A stretch of DNA of 64,000 nt from Paracoccaceae bacterium (GTDB lineage: Bacteria > Pseudomonadota > Alphaproteobacteria > Rhodobacterales > Rhodobacteraceae): positions 6,627 to 70,626 of the forward strand of contig JBKDYO010000045.1 in the NCBI GenBank assembly GCA_046305855.1, in the 5' to 3' direction. Shown one piece after another: positions 46,730-56,661 of the stretch. The notes beneath the pieces were generated by a model that saw nothing but the letters and a program-made list of their open reading frames with translations, ran no database searches and was not told where the DNA came from. Within the stretch, counting starts at the first letter, position 1. Every line of letters begins with the position of its first letter. Made by a program: the position numbers and the translations under genes.

Positions 46730-47829
46730 TGGACCGTTTGCCACGCTGGGCCGATGTCGCCCTTGTCCCCTTCGTCTCGCTTACCCTCGCTGCGATCATC
46801 TCGGCCATCGTGATCATCGCCATCGGGCAGGACCCGTGGGAAGCGATCACGGTGATGGTCCAGGGATCGGTGATGAACGCCTATGGCTGGGGCTATACGC
46901 TGTACTACGCCACCAGCTTCATCTTCACCGGGCTTGCGGTCACCGTGGCCTTCCATGCGGGCTTGTTCAACATCGGCGGCGAGGGACAGGCGCAGCTTGG
47001 GGGCCTTGGGGTCGCGATGGCGCTTCTGTTCATCCCTTGGCCGCACTGGACGATTGCCTTGGTGGCCGCCGCCTGCGGGGCGGCACTGTTCGGCGCGGCA
47101 TGGGCGGCGATCCCGGCCTATCTGCAGGCCAAGCGCGGCAGCCACATCGTGATCACCACGATCATGTTCAACTACATCGCCGCCAGCCTGTTGATCTTCA
47201 TGCTGGTCGACGTCCTCCGCCCGCCGGGCAAGATGGACCCGGCCACAGCGAACTTCCCGGAAGCCGCGCATCTGCCCAGCTTCAACGAAATTCCGGGCCT
47301 GAACCTGATCTTCACCAGCGGCGTGCCCGCCAACGTCACCTTCTTCATCGCGATCGCGATGGCGGTCGTAGTCTGGCTGCTGCTGTGGCGGACGCGGCTG
47401 GGATACCAGATCCGCGCGTTCGGCAAGTCTGAACCTGCCGCGCGCTATGCCGGGATCAACCCGACCCGGATCATCATGATCGCCATGCTGATCTCGGGGG
47501 GCCTTGCTGGCCTGATGGCGATCAACAACGTAATGGGCGAAGCGGAGCGTCTGCTGGGCAACTCGGCATCCGGCGCGGGCTTCATCGGCATCGCCGTCGC
47601 CCTGATGGGCCGCAACCACCCAGTCGGCGTCGTCCTGGCCGCGCTCCTTTTCGGCTTCCTGTTCCAGGGCGGGGCCGAGCTTGGGCTTTGGACCAAGATC
47701 CCGATTGAACTGCGGACCGTGGTGCAGGGTCTGGTGATCCTGTTCACCGGCGCGCTGGACATGATGGTGCGGATGATCCTGATCCGCATCTTCGCTGTCT
47801 TCCGTGGTCGCAAGCTGGAGGCCGCGTGA
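46729..47829 (+). CDS. ABC transporter permease
   Basis: 366-aa polytopic membrane protein. Start overlaps the ATPase stop. Confidence 0.8.
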   Translation: MDRLPRWADVALVPFVSLTLAAIISAIVIIAIGQDPWEAITVMVQGSVMNAYGWGYTLYYATSFIFTGLAVTVAFHAGLFNIGGEGQAQLGGLGVAMALLFIPWPHWTIALVAAACGAALFGAAWAAIPAYLQAKRGSHIVITTIMFNYIAASLLIFMLVDVLRPPGKMDPATANFPEAAHLPSFNEIPGLNLIFTSGVPANVTFFIAIAMAVVVWLLLWRTRLGYQIRAFGKSEPAARYAGINPTRIIMIAMLISGGLAGLMAINNVMGEAERLLGNSASGAGFIGIAVALMGRNHPVGVVLAALLFGFLFQGGAELGLWTKIPIELRTVVQGLVILFTGALDMMVRMILIRIFAVFRGRKLEAA

Positions 47830-48797
47830 TGGATTATTCAACGCTTCTGCAAATCCTCGACTCGACCCTGCGGCTGGCAACGCCCTTGCTGCTAGCCTGC
47901 CTCGCGGGGCTGTATTCGGAACGTTCGGGCGTTTTTGACATCGGGCTGGAAGGAAAGATGCTGGTCGCGGCGATGTGCGCAGGCGCAGTGGCCTTCTACA
48001 CCGGCAATGCCTGGGTCGGCGCGCTGGCGGGCATTGCCGGATCGATGATCTTTGCGCTGATCCATGGCGTGACCTCGATCACCTTCCGCGGCAACCAGCT
48101 GATCGCGGGGGTGGCGCTGAACTTCCTGGCCTCGGGCCTGACGGTGCTGGTCGCGCAATACCTGTTTGGTCAAGGCGGGCGCACGCCGCCACTGACGGGT
48201 GACGCCCGGTTCAACCCGATCAACCTGCCGTTTGCCGACACTTTGCAGAACGTGCCCGTCGTCGGGACCTTCTACCATGAGGTCATTTCGGGCCATTCGA
48301 TCCTGGTCTATGCCGCCTTCGCCATCGTCGCGCTGACATGGTGGGTGCTGTACCGCACCCGCTATGGCCTGCGCCTGAGGGCCGTGGGCGAAAACCCCGC
48401 CGCCGTTGATACGGCAGGCGTCAGCGTCAAGGGCCTGCGCTTCTCGGCCGTGATGATCACCGGCGTCCTCTGCGGCCTTGCCGGGGCCTATATGGCCACT
48501 GCGCTTCAAGCGGGCTTTGGCAAGGAAATGACCGCCGGGCGCGGCTACATCGCACTGGCCGCGCTGATCTTCGCCAAGTGGCGCCCAGTCGCCGCGATGT
48601 GGGCCTGCCTTCTGTTCGGCTTCTTCCAGGCGCTTGCGCTGCGGCCCGATGTCGTGGAAGCCGTCGTCCAGGTGAAGATCCCCGTCCCCTTCCTTGACGC
48701 GCTGCCCTACATCCTGACGGTCCTTGTCCTTGCAGGCTTCGTCGGCAAGGCCATCCCGCCCCGCGCGGGCGGCGAGCCCTACGTCAAGGAGCGTTGA
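47826..48797 (+). CDS. ABC transporter permease
   Basis: 323-aa polytopic membrane protein. 4-nt overlap with the upstream permease gene. Confidence 0.8.
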   Translation: MMDYSTLLQILDSTLRLATPLLLACLAGLYSERSGVFDIGLEGKMLVAAMCAGAVAFYTGNAWVGALAGIAGSMIFALIHGVTSITFRGNQLIAGVALNFLASGLTVLVAQYLFGQGGRTPPLTGDARFNPINLPFADTLQNVPVVGTFYHEVISGHSILVYAAFAIVALTWWVLYRTRYGLRLRAVGENPAAVDTAGVSVKGLRFSAVMITGVLCGLAGAYMATALQAGFGKEMTAGRGYIALAALIFAKWRPVAAMWACLLFGFFQALALRPDVVEAVVQVKIPVPFLDALPYILTVLVLAGFVGKAIPPRAGGEPYVKER

Positions 48798-48800
48798 GGC

Positions 48801-49601
48801 ATGACCCCAGAGACGCTTGCCAGCCTGATCCGGTCGCGTGCAGGCGGCCCACCAGTGCAGCTTGGCCTGATCCTTGGGTCCGGCCTTGGGCATCTGGCCC
48901 ATGCGGTGGATGGGGTGGCGATCCCCTATGCCGACCTGCCCGGCTTCCCGCATGTCGGTGTCTCGGGCCACAACCCGAACCTGCATGTGGGCACGCTGGA
49001 GGGCGTCCGCGTCGCCGTCTTCGGCGCGCGGGAGCATTACTACGAAAGCGGCAATCCCCGGGCGATGTTGCTGCCTTTGCAGCTCCTGAAGGCTTTGGGG
49101 GCCGACAGCCTGATCCTGACCAATGCAGCCGGGTCGATGCGCCCCGACGTGCCACCGGGCAACGTGATGCTTTTGTCGGATCACATCAACTACTCCGGCC
49201 TGAACCCGCTGATCGGCGAGAAGACCGACGCCCGCTTTGTCCCGATGACCGATGCGCATGACCCCGCCCTGCGTGCCGCGTTGAAGGCCGCTGCGAAGGC
49301 GGAAGGCATCGACCTGCCGGAAGGCGTCTATTGCTGGTATTCCGGCCCCTCGTTCGAGACGCCAGCGGAGATCCGGATGCTGAAGCTTCTGGGCGGTGAC
49401 GCGGTCGGCATGTCCACGGTGCCCGAAGTGATCCTGGCCCGGTTCCTGGGCCTGAAGGTCGCGGCCATTTCGACCATCACCAACATGGCCGCCGGCATGT
49501 CGGACGAAAAGATCAGCCACGAGCACACCAAGGCGATGGCCCCCTTGGGTGCGGCAAAACTGGAACGGATTCTCAGGGAATTCCTGCGCGGGCGACGGTA
49601 A
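48801..49601 (+). CDS. Purine nucleoside phosphorylase (trimeric PNP/MTAP family)
   Basis: LILGSGLG, TNAAGS and GMSTVPEV blocks. Directly follows the nucleoside importer. Confidence 0.85.
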   Translation: MTPETLASLIRSRAGGPPVQLGLILGSGLGHLAHAVDGVAIPYADLPGFPHVGVSGHNPNLHVGTLEGVRVAVFGAREHYYESGNPRAMLLPLQLLKALGADSLILTNAAGSMRPDVPPGNVMLLSDHINYSGLNPLIGEKTDARFVPMTDAHDPALRAALKAAAKAEGIDLPEGVYCWYSGPSFETPAEIRMLKLLGGDAVGMSTVPEVILARFLGLKVAAISTITNMAAGMSDEKISHEHTKAMAPLGAAKLERILREFLRGRR

Positions 49602-49684
49602 GCGAATCGGGATTTGACATCCCCGGCAAAGCCGCGCAACCCTTTGATGACTCCGCCGCTTTCGCCCCGATTGGGCCGCCTTCG

Positions 49685-50608
49685 ATGCAGCTTTACCTCC
49701 CCATCGCCGAGGTTTCGGTCAACGCCTTCCTCATTCTGGGGCTGGGCGGAATCGTGGGGTTCCTGTCGGGCATGTTCGGGGTCGGCGGCGGCTTCCTGAT
49801 CACGCCGCTTCTGTTCTTCATCGGCGTCCCCCCTGCCGTCGCCGTGGCGACCGGGGCGAACCAGGTTGTGGCCTCGTCGATTTCGGGCGTTCTCGCGCAA
49901 CTTCGCCGCAAGGGCGTGGACTTCCACATGGGGACCGTCCTTCTGGTGGGCGGCTTCATCGGCTCGGCGATCGGGGTCTGGGTCTTCGCCTGGATGACCC
50001 GGCTTGGCCAGATCGACCTCTTCGTGCAGCTGTCCTATGTGATCTTCCTGGGCCTGATCGGCGCGATGATGTTCCAGGAAAGCCTGCGGAGCCTTATCAG
50101 ATCGCGCAAGCCGGGCGGCGCCCCGATCCGCCGGAGCCATGTCCATTCCTGGGTGCACGGCCTGCCGTTCAAGATGAAGTTCCGCGCCAGCGGGCTTTAC
50201 ATCAGCGTCATTCCCCCGGTGCTGATCGGGGCGTCCGTGGGCTTTCTGTCGGCGATCATGGGCGTGGGCGGCGGCTTCATCCTGGTGCCCGCGATGATCT
50301 ACCTTCTGGGCATGCCGACGAAGGTCGTGATCGGCACCTCGCTGTTCCAGATCATCTTCGTCACCAGCTTCACCACCGTGATGCACGCGGTGAACAGCCA
50401 GACGGTCGACATGATGCTGGCCCTGCTTTTGATCCTGGGCGGCGTCATTGGCGCGCAGATCGGCACGCGTGTCGGCGTGCGGCTGAAGGCCGAACAGCTG
50501 CGCATCCTGCTGTCGCTTCTCGTCCTGACCGTCTCGATCCGGATCGCGGTCGACCTTCTGGTCAAGCCGTCCGAGCTCTACTCGGTCGCGCCCTTGGTGT
50601 TGCCATGA
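49685..50608 (+). CDS. TauE/SafE family sulfite/anion exporter
   Basis: GMFGVGGGFLITPLL and MGVGGGFILVPAMIYL duplicated motifs, with about 8 TM helices. Confidence 0.85.
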   Translation: MQLYLPIAEVSVNAFLILGLGGIVGFLSGMFGVGGGFLITPLLFFIGVPPAVAVATGANQVVASSISGVLAQLRRKGVDFHMGTVLLVGGFIGSAIGVWVFAWMTRLGQIDLFVQLSYVIFLGLIGAMMFQESLRSLIRSRKPGGAPIRRSHVHSWVHGLPFKMKFRASGLYISVIPPVLIGASVGFLSAIMGVGGGFILVPAMIYLLGMPTKVVIGTSLFQIIFVTSFTTVMHAVNSQTVDMMLALLLILGGVIGAQIGTRVGVRLKAEQLRILLSLLVLTVSIRIAVDLLVKPSELYSVAPLVLP

Positions 50609-51363
50609 TCCGCGCGCTGGCCCTGCTTCTGGCTCTGTCCCTGCCCGCCGCAGCGCAAGAGGTCATCGTGTCCGGCCTCAGCCAGAATCGCGTCTCGATC
50701 ACTGCCGATTTCGACGGGTCCGAGATCCTGATCTACGGCGCGGTCAAGCGTGACGCCCCCGCGCCGGACGGCGCACCGCTGGAAGTGATCGTGACTGTCG
50801 AAGGCCCTTCGGCCCCGGTCGCCGTGCGGCGCAAGGGCCGGGTCGCGGGGATCTGGGTGAACAATGCCTCGGTCACCATCGACAGTGCGCCAAGCTTCTA
50901 TGCCCTGGCGACCACCGGACCGCTGAACCATATCCTGTCCGACATCGACAATCTGCGCTATGGCATCACCATCGAACGCGTCATCCGTGCGATCGGCATC
51001 GCCAGCGAGGCGGAAAGCGCGGGCGAGTTCATCCTGGCCCTTCTGCGCGTGCGCACTGACGAGGGCCGCTACAGGGTCCTGGAAGGCAAGGTCGAACTGT
51101 CCGAGGACACCTTGTTCCGCACCGACATCGTGCTGCCCGCGAACCTGACGGAAGGGGAGTACAAGGTCCGGCTGTTCCTTCTTCGTGACAAGCGCGTTGT
51201 GGCCAGCCAGGAGCGGGTGATCGGGGTGCGCAAGGAAGGGCTGGAGCGGTTCGTCTTCAACCTCGCGCAAGAGCAGCCGCTGATCTACGGCCTCTTGTCG
51301 CTGGTCCTTGCGGCCGTGGCTGGCTGGGGCGCCTCGGCGGCCTTCAGGCTGATAAGGGTCTAG
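50605..51363 (+). CDS. Conserved alphaproteobacterial membrane-anchored protein (TIGR02186-like)
   Basis: Signal peptide, a beta-rich body of about 200 aa and a C-terminal TM helix. 4-nt overlap with the tauE-like gene. The family name is recalled, not verified. Confidence 0.55.
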   Translation: MIRALALLLALSLPAAAQEVIVSGLSQNRVSITADFDGSEILIYGAVKRDAPAPDGAPLEVIVTVEGPSAPVAVRRKGRVAGIWVNNASVTIDSAPSFYALATTGPLNHILSDIDNLRYGITIERVIRAIGIASEAESAGEFILALLRVRTDEGRYRVLEGKVELSEDTLFRTDIVLPANLTEGEYKVRLFLLRDKRVVASQERVIGVRKEGLERFVFNLAQEQPLIYGLLSLVLAAVAGWGASAAFRLIRV

Positions 51364-51495
51364 TAGCCGGATTGGCGGAAGGAACGGCAGCCTGCCGCGC
51401 GCTGGAAGATATGCAAAGTCAGGCTATCTCCTGTGCGGGGGCGATGGGCCTCCAGATCAGTCATCGGCTGATCAGCGCCCCAAAGGGAGAAGAGC

Positions 51496-51975
51496 ATGCG
51501 TGACTTGCCCGAAGTCCTGAACTGGCGGCGGCTAAACAGCAGGATCACTTTGTCAGGCCAGCCGACCGAGGCCCAGTTGTCAAAGATCAAGGATATGGGC
51601 GTTACCCAGATCATCAATCTTGGGCCCCATACGAACAAGGGCGCTCTGCCTGACGAGGCAGGGACGGTGACCGATCTTGGCATGGTCTACGTCTACATAC
51701 CCGTGGACTTCGAAAATCCGACCGACGAGGATTTCGACAAGTTTTCCGAAGCGATCGAGCGTGCAGACGGCCAGACCATCCATGTGCATTGCATCTACAA
51801 TGCGCGGGTCACAGCCTTCTTCTACCGCTACGCCAAGATGGGCAAGGGCGGCAGCGAAAGCGATGTCTTTGCAATGATGGACGGGATTTGGCGACCCGGC
51901 GGGGTCTGGGCGACGTTCGTAGGGAACCCTGAAGACTCGGAAAAGCCGAACCGATATGCGGGCTACGAGTACTGA
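51496..51975 (+). CDS. Protein-tyrosine/dual-specificity phosphatase-fold protein (CX5R)
   Basis: HVHCIYNARV fits the HCX5R P-loop. About 160 aa, with a layout similar to DUF442-type phosphatase-like proteins. Confidence 0.6.
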   Translation: MRDLPEVLNWRRLNSRITLSGQPTEAQLSKIKDMGVTQIINLGPHTNKGALPDEAGTVTDLGMVYVYIPVDFENPTDEDFDKFSEAIERADGQTIHVHCIYNARVTAFFYRYAKMGKGGSESDVFAMMDGIWRPGGVWATFVGNPEDSEKPNRYAGYEY

Positions 51976-51979
51976 GACC

Positions 51980-52477
51980 CTACTCCGCCTCAGCAAGAAG
52001 CGCCTGCACATCAAGCCGCTTGGTGAACATGGAAAGAGAGCCGTCAGCATTGCGCGGCCAGTCCGCTTCGGGCCGGTCGCGGTAAAGCTCGACCCCGTTG
52101 CCGTCGGGGTCGTCAAGATACAGGGCTTCGGAAACGCCATGGTCAGAGGCGCCGGTCAGGGGATGGCCGGCCTCAACCAGCCGCTTCAGGACCCGGGCCA
52201 GCGACTTGCGGTCCGGGAACAGGAAGGCGGTGTGATAAAGGCCGGTATGGCCGGGCGGGGGTGGCGAGCCGCCAAGGCTTTCCCAGGTGTTCAGCCCGAT
52301 ATGGTGGTGATAGCCGCCTGCGGACAGAAAGGCCGCCTGACTGCCATAGCGCATTGTCACGTCGAACCCGAGAATGCCGGAATAGAAGGCGATCGCCCGG
52401 TCGAGATCCGCGACTTTCAGGTGGACATGACCGACACGGGTTTCGGGAGAGAGGGACATCGCGGCACCGTTCTGCAA
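51980..52477 (-). CDS. VOC (glyoxalase/bleomycin resistance/extradiol dioxygenase) family protein
   Basis: VGHVHLKVADLDRAIAFY...HHIGLN...HTAF is the paired beta-alpha-beta-beta-beta module sequence. Confidence 0.8.
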   Translation of the reverse strand: MQNGAAMSLSPETRVGHVHLKVADLDRAIAFYSGILGFDVTMRYGSQAAFLSAGGYHHHIGLNTWESLGGSPPPPGHTGLYHTAFLFPDRKSLARVLKRLVEAGHPLTGASDHGVSEALYLDDPDGNGVELYRDRPEADWPRNADGSLSMFTKRLDVQALLAEAE

Positions 52478-52552
52478 AGGATGCCGCGAAGTCTACGTGG
52501 GGAAAGGCCGCAGGACCACCGCGCCTTTCGCACAGGTCGGGTGCGCGACGGC

Positions 52553-52810
52553 TCAGCCCTTCTTCTTGGCGAGCGCCGCCTCAAGCGCCGCGATCCGCGC
52601 TTCCAGTGCCGCGTTTTCTTCCCGCGCTTTCTGGGCCATGGCGCGGGCAGCGTCGAATTCCTCGCGCGTCACGAAGTCGCGGTCGGCCATCCAGCGGTCG
52701 ACCAAGCTTTTCATCGCGGTCTCGGCCTCGGTCTTGGCGCCCTGGGCCACGCCCATCGCATTGGTCATGAGCTGGCTCATGTCATCGAAGAACTTGTTGC
52801 GCGTCTGCAT
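52553..52810 (-). CDS. ubiK: UbiK/BMFP family accessory factor
   Basis: MQTRNKFFDDMSQLMTNAMGVAQG...REEFD plus a C-terminal leucine-zipper-like coil. AGGAGG Shine-Dalgarno sequence. Confidence 0.75.
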   Translation of the reverse strand: MQTRNKFFDDMSQLMTNAMGVAQGAKTEAETAMKSLVDRWMADRDFVTREEFDAARAMAQKAREENAALEARIAALEAALAKKKG

Positions 52811-52934
52811 TGGCAACCTCCTGACTCTCGTCCCTATATGGCCCCGACCGGCGGGCAGGGCAAGGCGACAGGTCGCCGCCGGTTGACAAGGCTGACACCG
52901 CCCGCGACAAGCGACGAAACCTAAGAGGGCCCGC

Positions 52935-53804
52935 ATGATCCCCTTCCCCGACATCTCGCCAAACCTCGTCTCGTTCGAGCTGTTCGGCATCGAGATCGCG
53001 CTGCGCTGGTATGCCCTGGCCTATATCGTGGGGATCCTCTTCGGCTGGTGGATCGTCCTGCGCGCCATCCGCAATCCCCGGCTCTGGGCGGGCGAACCGC
53101 CGCTGACAGCAGAACAGGTCGAGCGCCTGCTGACCTGGATCATTCTGGGCGTCATCCTTGGCGGGCGGCTGGGCTATGTCCTGTTCTACGACCTGCCGAC
53201 CTATCTTGCCGACCCCCTGCAGATCGTCCGGGTCTGGGAAGGTGGCATGTCCTTCCACGGCGGCTTTGCTGGCGTGGTCGTTGCGGCGATCTGGTTTTGC
53301 CGCCGCGAGGGTATCCCGATGCTGTCGATGGGCGACCTCCTCGCCATCGCGGCACCGGTCGGCCTGATGCTTGGGCGGCTTGCCAATTTCATCAACGCCG
53401 AGCTTTGGGGCCGTCCGACCGACCTGCCCTGGGGCGTGATCTTCCCGGGAGCCGCCGCCCAGACCTGCCCGCAGCTTGTCGGACTTTGCGCCCGGCACCC
53501 CAGCCAGCTCTATCAGGCGGCGCTGGAAGGCTTGCTTCTGGCGCTGGTGCTGCTCTGGCTGGCCTTCCGGCGCGGCTGGTTCAAGCGACCCGGCGCGCTT
53601 ATGGGGGTCTTCCTTGTCGGCTATGGCATCGCGCGGTTTGTGGTCGAGTTCGTCAGACAGCCCGACGCTCAGTTCGTGTCGGAAGGCAACCCGATCGGCC
53701 TTGCGCTTCAGGTTGGCGGCTACGGCCTGACGATGGGTCAGCTTCTGTCGCTGCCGATGATCGTCGTCGGCCTCTGGTTTGTCCTGCGCACCAAGGGCCG
53801 ATGA
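52935..53804 (+). CDS. lgt: Prolipoprotein diacylglyceryl transferase
   Basis: [26 protein letters not shown] and [14 protein letters not shown] motifs. Confidence 0.9.
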   Translation: MIPFPDISPNLVSFELFGIEIALRWYALAYIVGILFGWWIVLRAIRNPRLWAGEPPLTAEQVERLLTWIILGVILGGRLGYVLFYDLPTYLADPLQIVRVWEGGMSFHGGFAGVVVAAIWFCRREGIPMLSMGDLLAIAAPVGLMLGRLANFINAELWGRPTDLPWGVIFPGAAAQTCPQLVGLCARHPSQLYQAALEGLLLALVLLWLAFRRGWFKRPGALMGVFLVGYGIARFVVEFVRQPDAQFVSEGNPIGLALQVGGYGLTMGQLLSLPMIVVGLWFVLRTKGR

Positions 53805-54856
53805 CCCCCCTCGCCCGCCTTCTGGCCGAGCGCATCCGCGAGACCGGGCCGATCACCGTGGCCGACTACATGGCCGAGTGCCTGCTGCATCCCGTCCACG
53901 GCTATTACACCACCCGCGATCCCTTCGGGACCAAAGGCGATTTCACCACCGCCCCCGAGATCAGCCAGATGTTCGGCGAGCTTCTGGGCCTTGCCCTGGC
54001 GCAGGCCTGGCTGGACCGAGGGTCGCCCACGCCGTTCACTCTGGCCGAGCTTGGTCCCGGGCGCGGCACGCTGATGGCCGACATCCTGCGCGCAACCAAG
54101 GGCGTCCCGGGCTTTCACGCGGCCGCGCAGGTGGTGCTGGTCGAGGCGTCGCCCGTGCTGCGGCGGAAGCAGCAAGAGACGATCAGCCGGGGACATGATC
54201 TGGGCCTGCGCTGGATCGAGGCCGCAGGCGATCTGCCCGAGCAGCCGCTGTTTCTGGTCGCGAACGAGTTCTTCGACGCCCTGCCGATCCACCAATACCA
54301 GTTCGTCAACGACGGCTGGCATGAACGGTTGATCGGCCTGCAAGATGGGGCGCTGGCCTTTGGGCTGGCAGAACGCCCGATGATTCCCGGCACCATGGCC
54401 ATGCACCAGCGCGAAGACGGCCTGGTCATCGAAGAGAACCGTATCGGCCGCTTCGTGATGCTGCAGGTCGGTCACCGGCTGCACCACCACGGGGGTCTTG
54501 CTCTGGTCATCGACTACGGCGGCTGGCGGTCGCGCGGTGACACGTTGCAGGCGCTGCGCAGACATGAGTTCGACAACCCCCTCGCGCATCCCGGCGAGGC
54601 TGACCTGACCGCCCATGTAGACTTCGAGCCGCTCACGGGGCATCAGGCGCATTTCTACACCACGCAGGGCGCCTTCCTGAGCCGCCTTGGCATCGACGCC
54701 CGCGCCGAAAGGCTGGCGCAGAACCTGACCGGCGCCGCACTGGAAAGCCACCGTGCCGCGCATCGCCGCTTGACCCATCCGGAAGAAATGGGTTCGTTGT
54801 TCAAGGTGCTGGCGCTTACGTCTGCCGGTGCCCCGCCGCCGCCCGGATTTAGCTGA
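53801..54856 (+). CDS. Class I SAM-dependent methyltransferase, NDUFAF7/MidA (DUF185) family
   Basis: [18 protein letters not shown] and [10 protein letters not shown] are family hallmarks. ATGA overlap with lgt. The 602-aa track ORF is an upstream artefactual extension. Confidence 0.8.
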   Translation: MTPLARLLAERIRETGPITVADYMAECLLHPVHGYYTTRDPFGTKGDFTTAPEISQMFGELLGLALAQAWLDRGSPTPFTLAELGPGRGTLMADILRATKGVPGFHAAAQVVLVEASPVLRRKQQETISRGHDLGLRWIEAAGDLPEQPLFLVANEFFDALPIHQYQFVNDGWHERLIGLQDGALAFGLAERPMIPGTMAMHQREDGLVIEENRIGRFVMLQVGHRLHHHGGLALVIDYGGWRSRGDTLQALRRHEFDNPLAHPGEADLTAHVDFEPLTGHQAHFYTTQGAFLSRLGIDARAERLAQNLTGAALESHRAAHRRLTHPEEMGSLFKVLALTSAGAPPPPGFS

Positions 54857-55614
54857 TGCCCGCCACGCTGGAAATCATCACGTCGGACGCCTTGCCGACC
54901 CGCCACGGCTTCTTCACCCGCAAGGGCGGGGCGTCGTCGGGTATCTTTGCGGGCCTGAACTGCGGCACCGGCTCGACCGACCAGACCGAAGCAGTCGCGA
55001 TCAACCGCGCCCGGGTGGCCGAGGCGATGGGCGTCGGCCCCGAAGCGCTGGTCACCGTCCATCAGGTCCATTCCGCCCGCGCGCTGCCGGTTACCGGTCC
55101 GCTGTCGATCCGCCCCGAGGCCGACGCGCTGGTGACCGCCACGCCCGGCGTCCTGCTTGCCGTGCTGACTGCCGACTGCCAGCCGGTCCTGTTCGCGGAC
55201 CCCAAGGCCGGGGTCATCGGCGCGGCGCATGCCGGCTGGCGTGGCGCGGTCGATGGCGTGCTGGAAGCCACTCTCGATGCGATGGAGGCACTGGGCGCCC
55301 GCCGGTCGCAGATCTCTGCCGTGATCGGCCCGACCATCAGCCAGGCCGCCTATGAGGTCGGCCCCGAATTCTTCGACCGCTTCCGCGCCGAGGACGAGGC
55401 CAGCACCCGCTACTTCACCCAAGGATCGGGCGACCGCCTGCTGTTCGACTTGCCGGGCTACGGGCTGCACCGTCTGCGTGAAGCCGGAGTGGGCCATGCC
55501 GAATGGACCGGCCATTGCACCTACCGCGACCCATCGCGTTTCTACTCTTTCCGCCGCACGACCCATGCGGGAGAGGCGGACTACGGGCGGCTGATCGCGA
55601 CAATAAGGCTATAG
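54856..55614 (+). CDS. pgeF: Peptidoglycan editing factor PgeF (YfiH/DUF152 laccase-domain protein)
   Basis: HGFFTRKGG, QVHS, ADC.PV and HAGWRG motifs. Confidence 0.8.
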   Translation: MPATLEIITSDALPTRHGFFTRKGGASSGIFAGLNCGTGSTDQTEAVAINRARVAEAMGVGPEALVTVHQVHSARALPVTGPLSIRPEADALVTATPGVLLAVLTADCQPVLFADPKAGVIGAAHAGWRGAVDGVLEATLDAMEALGARRSQISAVIGPTISQAAYEVGPEFFDRFRAEDEASTRYFTQGSGDRLLFDLPGYGLHRLREAGVGHAEWTGHCTYRDPSRFYSFRRTTHAGEADYGRLIATIRL

Positions 55615-55982
55615 GGCGGCAGCAACGGGCTTGAAAATGGCCCGATTGCTGCAAGGTTCTTCCCAAACCCTGCCGCAATCCACCGTCACGGTTTCCCCAT
55701 CAGGTTGGATTGCGAAGGGGATTTCGATGATCATCCAGATGAAAACAAAACGGCGTTGGATCCTTTCGATCCTTGAAACGGTGGGCGATGCCACCGACTC
55801 CCGCGTTCTTGCCCGCGCCACGGTGCGCCAGACCTCAAGCCGCACGATGGTTGCCGGTCCGAAGGGGTTCGCAATGCGTCTGAAGACCGCAACGCGCCCG
55901 ATGGGCGACGCCTCGCGCTAAGCGAAAGGCTTTTCCGCCTGTCTTGCGCCAAAAACCGGTTCCCACTTTTGGCGGACAGGCT

Positions 55983-56483
55983 TTAGGCGTTCTTCGCCAG
56001 CCGAGCTTCAAGCACGCTGAAAGGCAGGCCGGGCTCGTCCTTGGCGCAGCGGATCACCAGGCTGGTCTTGACGTTGGCGACGTGGTCCGCCCGCAGAAGC
56101 TCTTCGGTCAGAAAGCTCTGGAAGCTCGACAGATCGGGCGAGACGCATTTCAGGATGAAGTCGATCTCGCCGTTCAGCATGTGGCACTCGCGCACCAGGG
56201 GCCAGGCCCGGCAGCGCGCCTCGAAGGCGGCAAGGTCCGCCTCGGCCTGAGAGTTCAGCCGCACCATCGCGAAGACCTGGACCTCGAAGCCCAGTTCGCG
56301 GGCGTTGATGTCGGCGTGATAGCCGCGGATATAGCCCTGTTCTTCCAGTCCGCGCACCCGGCGCAGGCACGGCGGGGCAGAGATCCCGACCCGGCTGGCA
56401 AGTTCGACGTTGGTCATCCGGCCATCGGCCTGCAGCTCGGCCAGAATCTGACGATCGATGGGATCCAGCTTGTGCGCGACCAT
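55983..56483 (-). CDS. Lrp/AsnC family transcriptional regulator
   Basis: LDPIDRQILAELQADGRMTNVELASRVGISAPPCLRRVRGLEEQGYI. GGAGG Shine-Dalgarno sequence before the ATG at 56483. Confidence 0.85.
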   Translation of the reverse strand: MVAHKLDPIDRQILAELQADGRMTNVELASRVGISAPPCLRRVRGLEEQGYIRGYHADINARELGFEVQVFAMVRLNSQAEADLAAFEARCRAWPLVRECHMLNGEIDFILKCVSPDLSSFQSFLTEELLRADHVANVKTSLVIRCAKDEPGLPFSVLEARLAKNA

Positions 56484-56661
56484 GGTGCCTCCGTTGCTGG
56501 TCTTACTTACGCGTGAGCCACCCGTTGCGCAATAATATTTCAACGGCGCGCAAGAAAACGTATCGACTTTGCCTTTGTCCGCCGAGCATGGCCGCCATGC
56601 AGGGGCTTTCCGCTGCCGTCCCCGGTGGCTATATCGGGGGCCTGCAGTTACGGGGGCAAGC

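Noticed and set aside
53048-54856. 602-aa ORF suggesting a large fusion protein overlapping lgt.
   Set aside because: Only the last 351 aa (from ATG at 53801, ATGA-coupled to the lgt stop) look like a real NDUFAF7/MidA methyltransferase. The upstream 251 aa are an out-of-frame read-through of lgt.
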